Positions 49,102 through 57,439 of a DNA stretch of 64,000 nucleotides are shown here, piece after piece. Made by a program: the position numbers and the translations under genes. Every line of letters begins with the position of its first letter. Position 1 is the first letter of the stretch. Source of the DNA: a virus; IMG/VR virus record IMGVR_UViG_3300017917_000321, positions 25,087 to 89,086 of that record; one strand, given 5' to 3'. The notes under the pieces are model-generated. The model was given only the letters and a program-made list of their open reading frames with translations. It was not told where the DNA came from and searched no databases.

Positions 49102-49547
49102 TTTGAATCCTTAATGGCGTCAAAGGTTTTGTATTTTTCTAAAGCACGTTCATAAGCATCCTTGAGTTCTTTGAGCTTGGGATACTTTTCTTCCATGTTT
49201 ACGTCACGCTTTAATAATAACAGAGCATCACGCATTTCGTCAAGTTCTTTTAAGATGTCTCTGCCATTTACTTCCAGCGGTGAAGTTATTTTGGTTATAC
49301 CAGTTCCTACAGTAATTGCAGGTTGAGGAGAAATGCTCCAACTAGACCCATTAAATCCAGAAGCAGTAAGCAAACTTCCGCTTGCGCCACCACCACCTAT
49401 TGCTGAAACAGTAACACTACCTAGGGGCGGAGTTGGGACAATTCCTTGACAGAAGCCACCAACGGTAGCTCCGGAAAGTTCAGTTACTAACGGAATATTT
49501 TTCTCTAAGGTATCGCTCATGCTGTATCCATTCTCCATCGACATCAA
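49098..49547 (-). CDS. Hypothetical protein (start uncertain)
   Basis: Gly/Ser-rich N-terminus; EEKYPKLKELKDAY C-terminus similar to 49898..50287. Confidence 0.6.
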   Translation of the reverse strand: MMSMENGYSMSDTLEKNIPLVTELSGATVGGFCQGIVPTPPLGSVTVSAIGGGGASGSLLTASGFNGSSWSISPQPAITVGTGITKITSPLEVNGRDILKELDEMRDALLLLKRDVNMEEKYPKLKELKDAYERALEKYKTFDAIKDSK

Positions 49548-49920
49548 ATCCCCAATCTCTCTGTTTAGGACCAGGCATGAATAGTGTCCAACAATCTACT
49601 CCCGGCTCTAGCTCAACTCTATGATAGCTAGTAGCTTTGCAGATTCTAAAATGACCGCGACCTCTCCAAAAGCGACCTTCTGGAGTAGTTTCCCAATATC
49701 CTCCCTTTAAGATAAGGGTAGCATAAGGCCAAGGATGATCATGTAAATCGTCTAGGTCGCCCTTTAGAAACTTATGTAAGAATACATTAAATGGAAACCA
49801 TTTACGGTCTTTTAAGAAAATGTAATATCTTTCTAGATAAGGCTCATTGTAAGCACGATCCATAATGATACGCTTGCGATCAGTTTTTTCTAGCAGTTTA
49901 AAAAAGAGACGTTTGATCAT
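49480..49920 (-). CDS. Cupin-fold protein
   Basis: LHDHPW..ILKGGYWE..YHRV..WTLF..WGF. Confidence 0.7.
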   Translation of the reverse strand: MIKRLFFKLLEKTDRKRIIMDRAYNEPYLERYYIFLKDRKWFPFNVFLHKFLKGDLDDLHDHPWPYATLILKGGYWETTPEGRFWRGRGHFRICKATSYHRVELEPGVDCWTLFMPGPKQRDWGFDVDGEWIQHERYLREKYSVSN

Positions 49921-50287
49921 CTTTCATTTTACCTTTCCAGTCTTGTTCGACCATTTTGTAAACAGTTTTAAAATTTTCAAATGCTTTAGCTAGTCCGGGA
50001 TATTCTTCGCACATTTTTTCTACAGTATTGAAATCTGGAAAACAATCTTTCCATTCTGTTCTATCAAAAACAAATGTACTGCTAGATAAGCCGTCTAAAT
50101 TAATTGTAGTATCTGATGATAATATATAATCAGTACCAGAACTCGTTATTGGGCCGAGTGTAATAGTTTCTATGCCACCTGCCATGTTAGATATTGTAAT
50201 AACATCTCCTGCGGCATAATCGTTACCAACAGTTATAGTAACGTCATTTGAAGATTGATAAACGAACGTATCGCCTTTATTTTCCAT
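49898..50287 (-). CDS. Hypothetical protein
   Basis: Thr/Ser-rich N-terminus; MCEEYPGLAKAFENFKTVY. Confidence 0.65.
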   Translation of the reverse strand: MENKGDTFVYQSSNDVTITVGNDYAAGDVITISNMAGGIETITLGPITSSGTDYILSSDTTINLDGLSSSTFVFDRTEWKDCFPDFNTVEKMCEEYPGLAKAFENFKTVYKMVEQDWKGKMKDDQTSLF

Positions 50288-51380
50288 TCTTTATAGATCC
50301 ATAGATATCTTTTCCGTTAAAGAATTCCTTCTTTAACTTAGCGACCTGCTTATCTAAACTTACTAAGAAATCTTCATAATTTTCCATATATTCAACTATT
50401 TGGGAAACTATTTTAGTTCTATTATCTTTGTAAGCAAAGAAGTCAGTGGTCCACTCTGACGGATACTTAAATTCAGGCAGTGCCATTTCACTGTAGCTTA
50501 GTCTGTCTGGCACCATCGGAATAGCGTCAACAAGAGCACCTTCATACCAACTAATACCTAGTGTTTCTTGTAGATTAGCACTAAACACTAGTTTAGATTG
50601 TCCTAACAAGTTATGATATTCATTCTTAGTTAGAGTACGTTCTTGACAGACAACAAACTCATATTGCGGCAGTTGTTCTGCTAGATCTCTAAAGATATCA
50701 ACTTGTTTCTCGGGAGCAATGCGATGCGGGAAAAGAATTAGATCTTTCTTCTCCATGCCCTTGTATTGACTTAGACTGTTTGCTAGATATTCCATAGGCC
50801 AACCAGCACGTACAATCTTACCGTCATCGTAACGATCATTCCAGTCTTCGTCGTACCAAGGATTGTCTAACGGAACACCATCGTGTAGAAGTTCATCAAA
50901 GAACATCTTTATGTGGAATTCTGTTGCAAAGAAGTTTTGATCATAACAGTGGAACATGCTCTTTTCAGCATGTCTAACCCAACGAGCTGGTCCGATCAGT
51001 CTTCCTAAGAAGTCTGCTTCATCATAAGAACCAGCATGCCATAAACCGCCAATTCGAATGTTGATGCCCAAAAGCTCAGCCATGTACCGAAGCTGTATAA
51101 CTGTGGGGTTCCAAGCATCCGTGTAAAGAAAATAGTCGCCATCTTTAATTTCTCCTTTGCAGAACATTTCACCAATTTGTTCAAGCTGTTTACTCTTGTA
51201 CACATTAGTACCGCCGAAATTGAGAAAAGCCCCAGGCGTAGTAGCCTGAGGCGTTTCACCGCCACTAATTACAACGACTTTTTCATTCGTAGCATGGCGA
51301 AGCTGTTGTGGAAGGTATTCCTTCCATTGCTTTGTGTAGCGTGTATCTACTGCTTCAATGTCTACGATGTATATTGTCAT
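50277..51380 (-). CDS. GT-B glycosyltransferase, GTDC1/QTMAN-like
   Basis: LFPHRIAPEKQ, SANLQETLGISWYEG (EX7E), PMVPDRLSYSEM. Confidence 0.75.
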   Translation of the reverse strand: MTIYIVDIEAVDTRYTKQWKEYLPQQLRHATNEKVVVISGGETPQATTPGAFLNFGGTNVYKSKQLEQIGEMFCKGEIKDGDYFLYTDAWNPTVIQLRYMAELLGINIRIGGLWHAGSYDEADFLGRLIGPARWVRHAEKSMFHCYDQNFFATEFHIKMFFDELLHDGVPLDNPWYDEDWNDRYDDGKIVRAGWPMEYLANSLSQYKGMEKKDLILFPHRIAPEKQVDIFRDLAEQLPQYEFVVCQERTLTKNEYHNLLGQSKLVFSANLQETLGISWYEGALVDAIPMVPDRLSYSEMALPEFKYPSEWTTDFFAYKDNRTKIVSQIVEYMENYEDFLVSLDKQVAKLKKEFFNGKDIYGSIKNGK

Positions 51381-51583
51381 TGCTGTGGATTCTTCTCAAA
51401 TCTCTTTGTGTTTTTAAACTTTGAACGTTGCCATCCACGATAACGTTCGTATGCCTGCCAATTGGGATCCTGCTTGTTATACAGGGCCTTCTCGTTGAAC
51501 ACCTTACCTTCAAAGCGGCAATAGTCGCGATATGCATCGAGATCATTGAATACCTTGTTGATAACGGGATTACTGATAGACAT
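51377..51583 (-). CDS. Hypothetical protein
   Basis: AAGGA RBS; FNDLDAYRDYCRFEG..FNEKALY. Confidence 0.7.
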   Translation of the reverse strand: MSISNPVINKVFNDLDAYRDYCRFEGKVFNEKALYNKQDPNWQAYERYRGWQRSKFKNTKRFEKNPQQ

Positions 51584-51597
51584 TTTTATTTCTTCCT

Positions 51598-51990
51598 TTA
51601 GATCAAGTTGTAAGGATAATAGACAAGTGAGCCATTTTCTCCGTCTTCGGAGACTTCAATTTCTACAAAGCGGCCCGGATACCTTGCAGAAATTTCCCCA
51701 TACAAGTCATCTGAAATCATTTCGCATGACTTGTGATTGAGTTCTAGTGTGCCTTGGTTATAAAGATTTTCAAGCCAACGCTTGAATTGAATGAATTCAA
51801 TATCTCTGTCATCATGGAAGACTTCAATACGAACCTTGAAATGAAAGATGTGTCTGTGGGGTGTAGCTAGAAAACTTACATCATATTCATCCCCAGTAGC
51901 TAGATTGGGTTCAGTAGCGGCTGCTGGATAGCAGTGGATACCTTCTTTACGAAAGGTTACCCAAATACTTTTTGTATTAGCTTGACTCAT
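51598..51990 (-). CDS. T-fold QueD/PTPS paralog with LxxxHRHxF motif (DpdL-like)
   Basis: EGIHCYP, FLATPHRHIF, DRDIEF, SCEMI, VSEDGENG. Confidence 0.75.
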   Translation of the reverse strand: MSQANTKSIWVTFRKEGIHCYPAAATEPNLATGDEYDVSFLATPHRHIFHFKVRIEVFHDDRDIEFIQFKRWLENLYNQGTLELNHKSCEMISDDLYGEISARYPGRFVEIEVSEDGENGSLVYYPYNLI

Positions 51991-52018
51991 GTGTTACCTT
52001 TATTTTTGTTATACTTTA

Positions 52019-52047
52019 AGTATATGTTCACTTAATGGCCTTGTCAA
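52019..52047 (-). promoter_or_regulatory. Sigma70 consensus promoter upstream of the T-fold/GT genes
   Basis: TTGACA-17-TATACT, same boxes as the folE promoter. Confidence 0.7.
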
Positions 52048-52576
52048 GTGTATACTTGGACCAGTCAGTAAATTTTTCTCTGTTCATTAGGTCGTGCAAA
52101 CTGTGACTCCATACGCCTGGATTGGTTGCACGGAAATCCTTGTCGTCAATTTTGAGCATGGTGTTATAGTTCCATAATCTAATATATGGAATTGGTACAC
52201 GGATCTGTGGAATAAAATTATCTCTGTCGTTTAATCCACCGTCGTTAAATTCTTCAACACAGTTAATTGGAATGTCTAAACTGCACAGATAGTTCTTGTC
52301 AAGATAGTATGTGATCATATCTTCCCAAGCCTTCCAATCGTCATAATCATTATGTTTAGGATTGAAACTGTGATTGGCACCAAAGAAAATATGGCGAATA
52401 TGCTTGCTAGTATCTGAATAGGAGTTTTGATCGTTGAGGATACTGTCAATAGCATCAGTGGGTTGTACTCCTGTAACAAACAGGGTTTTCATTCCATATG
52501 CCGGAGTATGCTCAACTTCGTTCCCAACGAAGAAGATAACATCGTCTAACACGCCTTCTGTATAATCTCTATTCAT
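52028..52576 (-). CDS. Conserved hypothetical protein of the deazaguanine cluster
   Basis: FVGNEVEHTPAYGMKTLFV, HIFFGANHS, KIDDKDF..TNPGVW, FTDW. Confidence 0.7.
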   Translation of the reverse strand: MNRDYTEGVLDDVIFFVGNEVEHTPAYGMKTLFVTGVQPTDAIDSILNDQNSYSDTSKHIRHIFFGANHSFNPKHNDYDDWKAWEDMITYYLDKNYLCSLDIPINCVEEFNDGGLNDRDNFIPQIRVPIPYIRLWNYNTMLKIDDKDFRATNPGVWSHSLHDLMNREKFTDWSKYTLDKAIK

Positions 52577-52779
52577 AAGTCTAAGGTTCTTAGTTTGGTT
52601 TCGTATAAATTGATTTCGTCTTTAAGCCAAAGTTTCTTGGTTTTTAGCCTAGTAACTTTTGCATCAGGAGCATACTTACTATACAACAGATCTATTTCGT
52701 CGTCAAGCTCTCTATGCTTTTTGTACAGCTCTTGTAGGTGTGCCACAAGTTTATCGTGGTCTTCTTCAAAGTTGCTCAT
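52573..52779 (-). CDS. DUF465/YdcH-like small coiled-coil protein
   Basis: L..KHRELDDEI..RLKTKKLWLKDEI; start MSNFEED. Confidence 0.7.
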   Translation of the reverse strand: MSNFEEDHDKLVAHLQELYKKHRELDDEIDLLYSKYAPDAKVTRLKTKKLWLKDEINLYETKLRTLDL

Positions 52780-54298
52780 CCTCCAACTCCTCCAATTTTG
52801 TTTCATCAAGATTGTCTTCAGTGTCTTCTTCTACAGTTTCTTCAACTTCAAAAAGAGAACCAAAGAAAGTACTGGCATTTACAGTCTTTTTACCAACTGC
52901 ACCTCTAGTACCAGGAATAGCCATATAGAAACGACTATGTTCATCAACTAATTTTAATGCTTTATCACGATCGTCAGTTGCAAAGATTTCTTCAACGATA
53001 TCTTTAAAGAACACCCTGTCAAACTTTTCTTGGACAAGCATGTTTGGAACAACGCCTGCGTCATACTGCCTATTTGCTTCTTGTACAGCGTTAATATGAC
53101 TCCACACGTTATGCCCCATCTGAATAGCGTAACTAAATGAATCCCAAGAAGTTTTACCTTCCTTACCAATCTTATTTAGGTCGCCTGGCGCATATACACA
53201 AACATCTGAAACCTTTAGTTGTTCAGTGATTGGACTATCTTCAAAGTTTTTAAAGATGCCATCTTGTAGTACAGCATCACGGAATAGTCGTTGATCACTT
53301 GCGTACTTCTTATTGTCCACTGATGGTACCATGCGATAAGTCCACTTTGAACGATCTGCTGTTTCATTTTGAATATAGATCTGTCCATTAGCAGTTGCTA
53401 AGAATGGACTAGCACAATCAAACGTAACCATGAACTGTTCATTGTGATGTTTACGCACAGCACGTTGGATGTCTGTTAGCAAACAAGCCCATTCTAGTTT
53501 ACTTGTGCCCAGGAAGTGCATACAGTCCTGTACACCCTTTTCCAACAAGCCGTCATAGCGCAGTGCAATGATACGCTTTAATACTAGATGAACATCGCAC
53601 ATGTTCTGACCACCCATGGCCCATCCGTTAAAATGAACACCTGGATATTGTTTAGGATCAGAATACTTTTTCATACGCTGATACCAATCTTCGGCGTCTG
53701 CGTGATTTTCACCCTGTAGTACGTTTAAGAACTTACAGTTGCCGTTGCGATTGTTAATAAACCAATCGTTGTTGATATAAGTGCCTTGAACTGCTTCTGT
53801 ATAAGAAGTAATGCCTGTTGCCTTTTGTCCTGCAGGTGAACGAGCAACCCACGCAGGAATATCAAGGATCATTCCATAGTCCATGTAAGCATCCATCCAC
53901 GTGAGCACTTGTTCACGTTTCTTTTGTGCCTTGGGACAGTTAGGATCTTTCCAATCACCTTCCCAAACGCCTTTACCGATCTGGAAGCCGCCTGAGTCGC
54001 CTAATATCCAACTGGTATTCCTATTACGATTACGTACCATATCTTCTTTAGGACTAAACTTGTTAACATCGAGTTCTGCATGTCCTGCAGAATACAAAGT
54101 CCAATGATAGTTGAAAAGTCCCTTTCTTGGATCTAAGTAATTAAGGCTTTCAACTCCATTAGTAAAGTTTGAAGGAATACGAGCAGGATCTACATAATTG
54201 TCATATCTCTGCTTGCCCACATAAGTGGCATAGAACCCACTCAGTGCAGGCAAGAAGTGCGCATAATCGCTTTGTGTTGCTGTTAAATCTCGATTCAT
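52766..54298 (-). CDS. TGT-fold base-exchange transglycosylase (DpdA-like)
   Basis: GDSGGFQ catalytic Asp, MILDIP, NVLQG, WAMGG, HFLG, TFDCASP, late HN. Confidence 0.8.
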   Translation of the reverse strand: MNRDLTATQSDYAHFLPALSGFYATYVGKQRYDNYVDPARIPSNFTNGVESLNYLDPRKGLFNYHWTLYSAGHAELDVNKFSPKEDMVRNRNRNTSWILGDSGGFQIGKGVWEGDWKDPNCPKAQKKREQVLTWMDAYMDYGMILDIPAWVARSPAGQKATGITSYTEAVQGTYINNDWFINNRNGNCKFLNVLQGENHADAEDWYQRMKKYSDPKQYPGVHFNGWAMGGQNMCDVHLVLKRIIALRYDGLLEKGVQDCMHFLGTSKLEWACLLTDIQRAVRKHHNEQFMVTFDCASPFLATANGQIYIQNETADRSKWTYRMVPSVDNKKYASDQRLFRDAVLQDGIFKNFEDSPITEQLKVSDVCVYAPGDLNKIGKEGKTSWDSFSYAIQMGHNVWSHINAVQEANRQYDAGVVPNMLVQEKFDRVFFKDIVEEIFATDDRDKALKLVDEHSRFYMAIPGTRGAVGKKTVNASTFFGSLFEVEETVEEDTEDNLDETKLEELEDEQL

Positions 54299-54651
54299 TA
54301 ATTTACCAAATGTTGTGCTAGAACCATACAGCTAATCCAAGCCCATATAGTATTAAATCCTACTAGTGTTGGCAGAAGTTTCTTATTGCTAGCCCATATT
54401 AGTGCAAGACTAGTTGCCAGCGTTAGAAAGTATAACCACCAAATTTGAATACCAAATATCAAGCCAGGAATAATGATAACAGCCTTAGCCGCCCAACTTA
54501 AAAACTCTACAGTATTGTAGTTGGTCCAATATTCCTTTGTGAACCACATGCCATAGCATTCTCGTATGTTTTTCCATCCTGTGCGACTATAAACAATGCC
54601 GCACAGGACTAAGAATGCAAGACACGCAGAAAATATCTGTGTACTATTCAT
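54298..54651 (-). CDS. Small multi-pass membrane protein
   Basis: Three to four hydrophobic segments; TAATG coupling to both the clamp and the TGT-like gene. Confidence 0.7.
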   Translation of the reverse strand: MNSTQIFSACLAFLVLCGIVYSRTGWKNIRECYGMWFTKEYWTNYNTVEFLSWAAKAVIIIPGLIFGIQIWWLYFLTLATSLALIWASNKKLLPTLVGFNTIWAWISCMVLAQHLVN

Positions 54652-55394
54652 TACTTGCTCTGAGCAGGTAGGATATAGTCGTACTTGGCTAAGCCGCTAT
54701 CAACGGAGATCATCATAGCACCTTGATCTGAAATGCTTACAGTTGCTTCACCATCTAAGTTTAGGATTGACTGTACCTGTGCAACTGGCCAACTCCATGC
54801 ATGCTTCAAACTACCTGTAACATTGTTTTGGAAAACAAACTTACCTGCGTGTGTGCTGGCATCACCAAAGTAAAACACTAGGTCAGTAACTCCGCCTGTA
54901 ACTTCTGTCTTAACAGTAAAGATTGGTTCTTCGGAGTGTGCAGTGCTCATTAGCTTCATACGCTGAATAGCTGCCATTGATGGCTTAAACTGAACATCCC
55001 AGCTCGCACCTTTGAACTTAACAGTCTTGAGCTTTTCTTCGATAATGGCCTTATTCATAAAACGATAATCGTTTTCAAAGTCGCCTGCTGCATTTTCAAA
55101 GTGAATATGTGTAGGGATAGTTTCACCGTTTCTATCAGCACTGACTACTTCGATCTTAGCGTTATCCTTGTATTCAGGATTCTTTAAGTGTAGAGCTAAC
55201 TTATCTAGGTTAGGCATACCAAATGTTCCAGTAAACTCACTTACAGCCTTATGTGTTGCTGAAGTAAGAATAACAGAACGGTCTTCTGCCATTGAGTCAA
55301 TCGTAGTTGAACCGTTTTCGCTAGTTACCTTAACTAAGGATAGGAAGCCCAGCGAATGGGTATGGGCTACGATGTCTTGTAAAATGTCTTTCAT
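54651..55394 (-). CDS. DNA polymerase sliding clamp (gp45/PCNA-like)
   Basis: 247 aa, two alpha/beta repeats, TFGMPNLDKL, C-terminal YILP; lies in the polymerase operon. Confidence 0.6.
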   Translation of the reverse strand: MKDILQDIVAHTHSLGFLSLVKVTSENGSTTIDSMAEDRSVILTSATHKAVSEFTGTFGMPNLDKLALHLKNPEYKDNAKIEVVSADRNGETIPTHIHFENAAGDFENDYRFMNKAIIEEKLKTVKFKGASWDVQFKPSMAAIQRMKLMSTAHSEEPIFTVKTEVTGGVTDLVFYFGDASTHAGKFVFQNNVTGSLKHAWSWPVAQVQSILNLDGEATVSISDQGAMMISVDSGLAKYDYILPAQSK

Positions 55395-56143
55395 GGGTTT
55401 TCTCCTGTAATATATTGTAGTTTAACGTCAAGGCCTTTATTTGTCAAGAAGTTTTCTACGGTGTATTTAGGTTTGAAGCCTAAACTTGTTAAAAATTTTA
55501 TGTCTGCCTGGGTGTGTGTTCTTTCGTGGGGTGTATATTCTTTTATCTTTAGATTGGGAGCGATGCTAGGAATGTAAACACTAGTGCCAGTTCCAACATC
55601 AACTACGCCCTTTAGGGTAGTATCTTCAATAAGGTGTAGGAAAGCAGAACAAACATCTTCCAAATGAATAAAATCTCTATAATGCTTAGTCGCATATTCT
55701 AGTCCTCCGTTTAGTAGCTTATCAAAGAACATGTCTTTGCGGGGTGTGTCACTGTACACAGTATGCAATCTAATACCCAACGAGTCAGGATGTTTAGCAC
55801 CCAAAAACTCAGTTAATAGTTTTGTAGCGGCATAGGGATTGCGTTCGGGCTCATATGCAGAACTGGAACTGGCATAGATAATTCTAGTATTTCGAAATAC
55901 TTCAAATATTCTTCTGCTGCCTTCTACATTGTTATACCAATAGGCACTAGGTGTCTTAAGGCTTTGACGAACACCGCTCTTTCCTGCCAAGTGGATTACT
56001 AGGTCAACTTCATAATCCAAGCTACAGGTATTAATGTCTTTGCCGTCTACAAGGTCAATACCATAAACAACATGATCTTTTTCTAAGACCTCTTTCAATC
56101 TTGAACCAACAAATCCTTTATGGCCTGTTAAAAGAATACGCAT
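55391..56143 (-). CDS. NAD-dependent epimerase/dehydratase (extended SDR)
   Basis: TGHKGFVG, IHLAG, YASSSS, YAATK, RDFIHLED. Confidence 0.9.
   Translation of the reverse strand: MRILLTGHKGFVGSRLKEVLEKDHVVYGIDLVDGKDINTCSLDYEVDLVIHLAGKSGVRQSLKTPSAYWYNNVEGSRRIFEVFRNTRIIYASSSSAYEPERNPYAATKLLTEFLGAKHPDSLGIRLHTVYSDTPRKDMFFDKLLNGGLEYATKHYRDFIHLEDVCSAFLHLIEDTTLKGVVDVGTGTSVYIPSIAPNLKIKEYTPHERTHTQADIKFLTSLGFKPKYTVENFLTNKGLDVKLQYITGENP
55419..55447 (-). promoter_or_regulatory. Sigma70-like promoter upstream of the clamp gene
   Basis: TTGACA-17-TAAACT followed by AGGAG RBS. Confidence 0.55.
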
Positions 56144-56144
56144 A

Positions 56145-56894
56145 TTATTTTCTTACTCTACGATTATAGTTGTCTGCTTCTTGTATAAGACTCAATGACA
56201 CGCCTTCTAATTCTGCGGTATGCATTAGAGCAGCAACGTCTTTGGGGAAACAGTGTCCACCCCAACCTCTGGCAGCAGTTACTTCTGTATGGCTACGACC
56301 AATTCTAGGATCATTTCCTACGCCAGCAGCGACGTTGTTATAGTTAACACCAAATGCTTCGCACATGTCATATACTTGATTGAAGAAACTTACTTTAGTA
56401 GCAAGAAATGCATTTCTAAAATATTTTACTAGTACTAGTTCTTCTGGTTGCATATGAACTGAGGTTACTTTGGGAAATAATTTTCTAAATATATCTTCCC
56501 ATAAAGCTACACCATCGCCTCCGAAATACATGTACTCTGTATTTCTAAAATCTTGTTCAGCTGTTTCTGCTCTTAAAAATTCTGGACTGTATGTTATACT
56601 ACGCTCAGGAAAAGTTTCTTTTAGATAAAGCCAGCCTTCTAAACTAATAGTACTACGTATTAGAATAGGAATTTCTTTAGGAGTGTCTGCGATAACTTCA
56701 TAGACATTATTAATATTACAAGCACCTGATTTATGTTGAGGTGTGTTTACACAAATAATGACAGCATCGCAGACAGTGTGATGCACCTTTTCTGGACCTA
56801 GTTTAGGGTCTACTATGTTAACTGAATAATATTGTTTTAATAGTTCTGCATGTGCCTTGCCTACAAAACCGTACCCTGCTATTGTAATGTTCAT
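56145..56894 (-). CDS. NDP-sugar dehydrogenase family protein lacking the C-terminal UDP-binding domain
   Basis: GYGFVG, ICVNTP, IRST, SPEFL, VKYFRNAFLATK, GGHCFPKD; ends at 249 aa. Confidence 0.85.
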   Translation of the reverse strand: MNITIAGYGFVGKAHAELLKQYYSVNIVDPKLGPEKVHHTVCDAVIICVNTPQHKSGACNINNVYEVIADTPKEIPILIRSTISLEGWLYLKETFPERSITYSPEFLRAETAEQDFRNTEYMYFGGDGVALWEDIFRKLFPKVTSVHMQPEELVLVKYFRNAFLATKVSFFNQVYDMCEAFGVNYNNVAAGVGNDPRIGRSHTEVTAARGWGGHCFPKDVAALMHTAELEGVSLSLIQEADNYNRRVRK

Positions 56895-57331
56895 AATTGA
56901 TTCTTAATTATAAATTTTTCTGCTTCAGCATCAACTACACGCTGCCTAAGTTCAGTAGTAGAAAAAGTATGTTCGCGTTTATTAAAATAAAACTTTATAC
57001 CTCTTGATATACATTCCTGTCGACCAGTAAATTCCCTGTGCTCATATTCATCGCCTAAGATTCTAATATTGATAGGATAACTAAGCAATATATCAACAAG
57101 GTCCTTTTCAGTAGCATACACTACAATTTCATCAACATACTTACAGGCCTGTAGTTGAACAAACCGCTCAAAGATACTTTGTACTGGCTTATTCTTTTCT
57201 TTGCGATCGATTGTAGGATCTGTTTGTAGCCCTACTATCAAATATTCGCACTGTTGTTTTGCTTCTTTGAGCATGATAATATGACCTGCATGAAACAGGT
57301 CAAATGTTGAACAAGTAAATCCTACTTTCAT
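56891..57331 (-). CDS. Cytidylyltransferase (TagD/RfaE-like)
   Basis: TFDLFHAGH (HxGH), LIVGL, ER..L.ACKYVDE, FSTTELR. Confidence 0.9.
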   Translation of the reverse strand: MKVGFTCSTFDLFHAGHIIMLKEAKQQCEYLIVGLQTDPTIDRKEKNKPVQSIFERFVQLQACKYVDEIVVYATEKDLVDILLSYPINIRILGDEYEHREFTGRQECISRGIKFYFNKREHTFSTTELRQRVVDAEAEKFIIKNQL

Positions 57332-57438
57332 AGTTTCATTTTATCTGCTAGACTTCTCAGGGCTGCAATAATTTCCTCAATAACATCGAGGTCACGATCT
57401 TGGTCTGTGTCTATTTCGATTTCAATTTTAATTTTCAT
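57328..57438 (-). CDS. 36-aa small protein missed by the ORF track
   Basis: MKIKIEIEIDTDQDRDLDVIEEIIAALRSLADKMKL; GGAG RBS; stop overlaps the next ATG (ATGA). Confidence 0.7.
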   Translation of the reverse strand: MKIKIEIEIDTDQDRDLDVIEEIIAALRSLADKMKL

Positions 57439-57439
57439 T

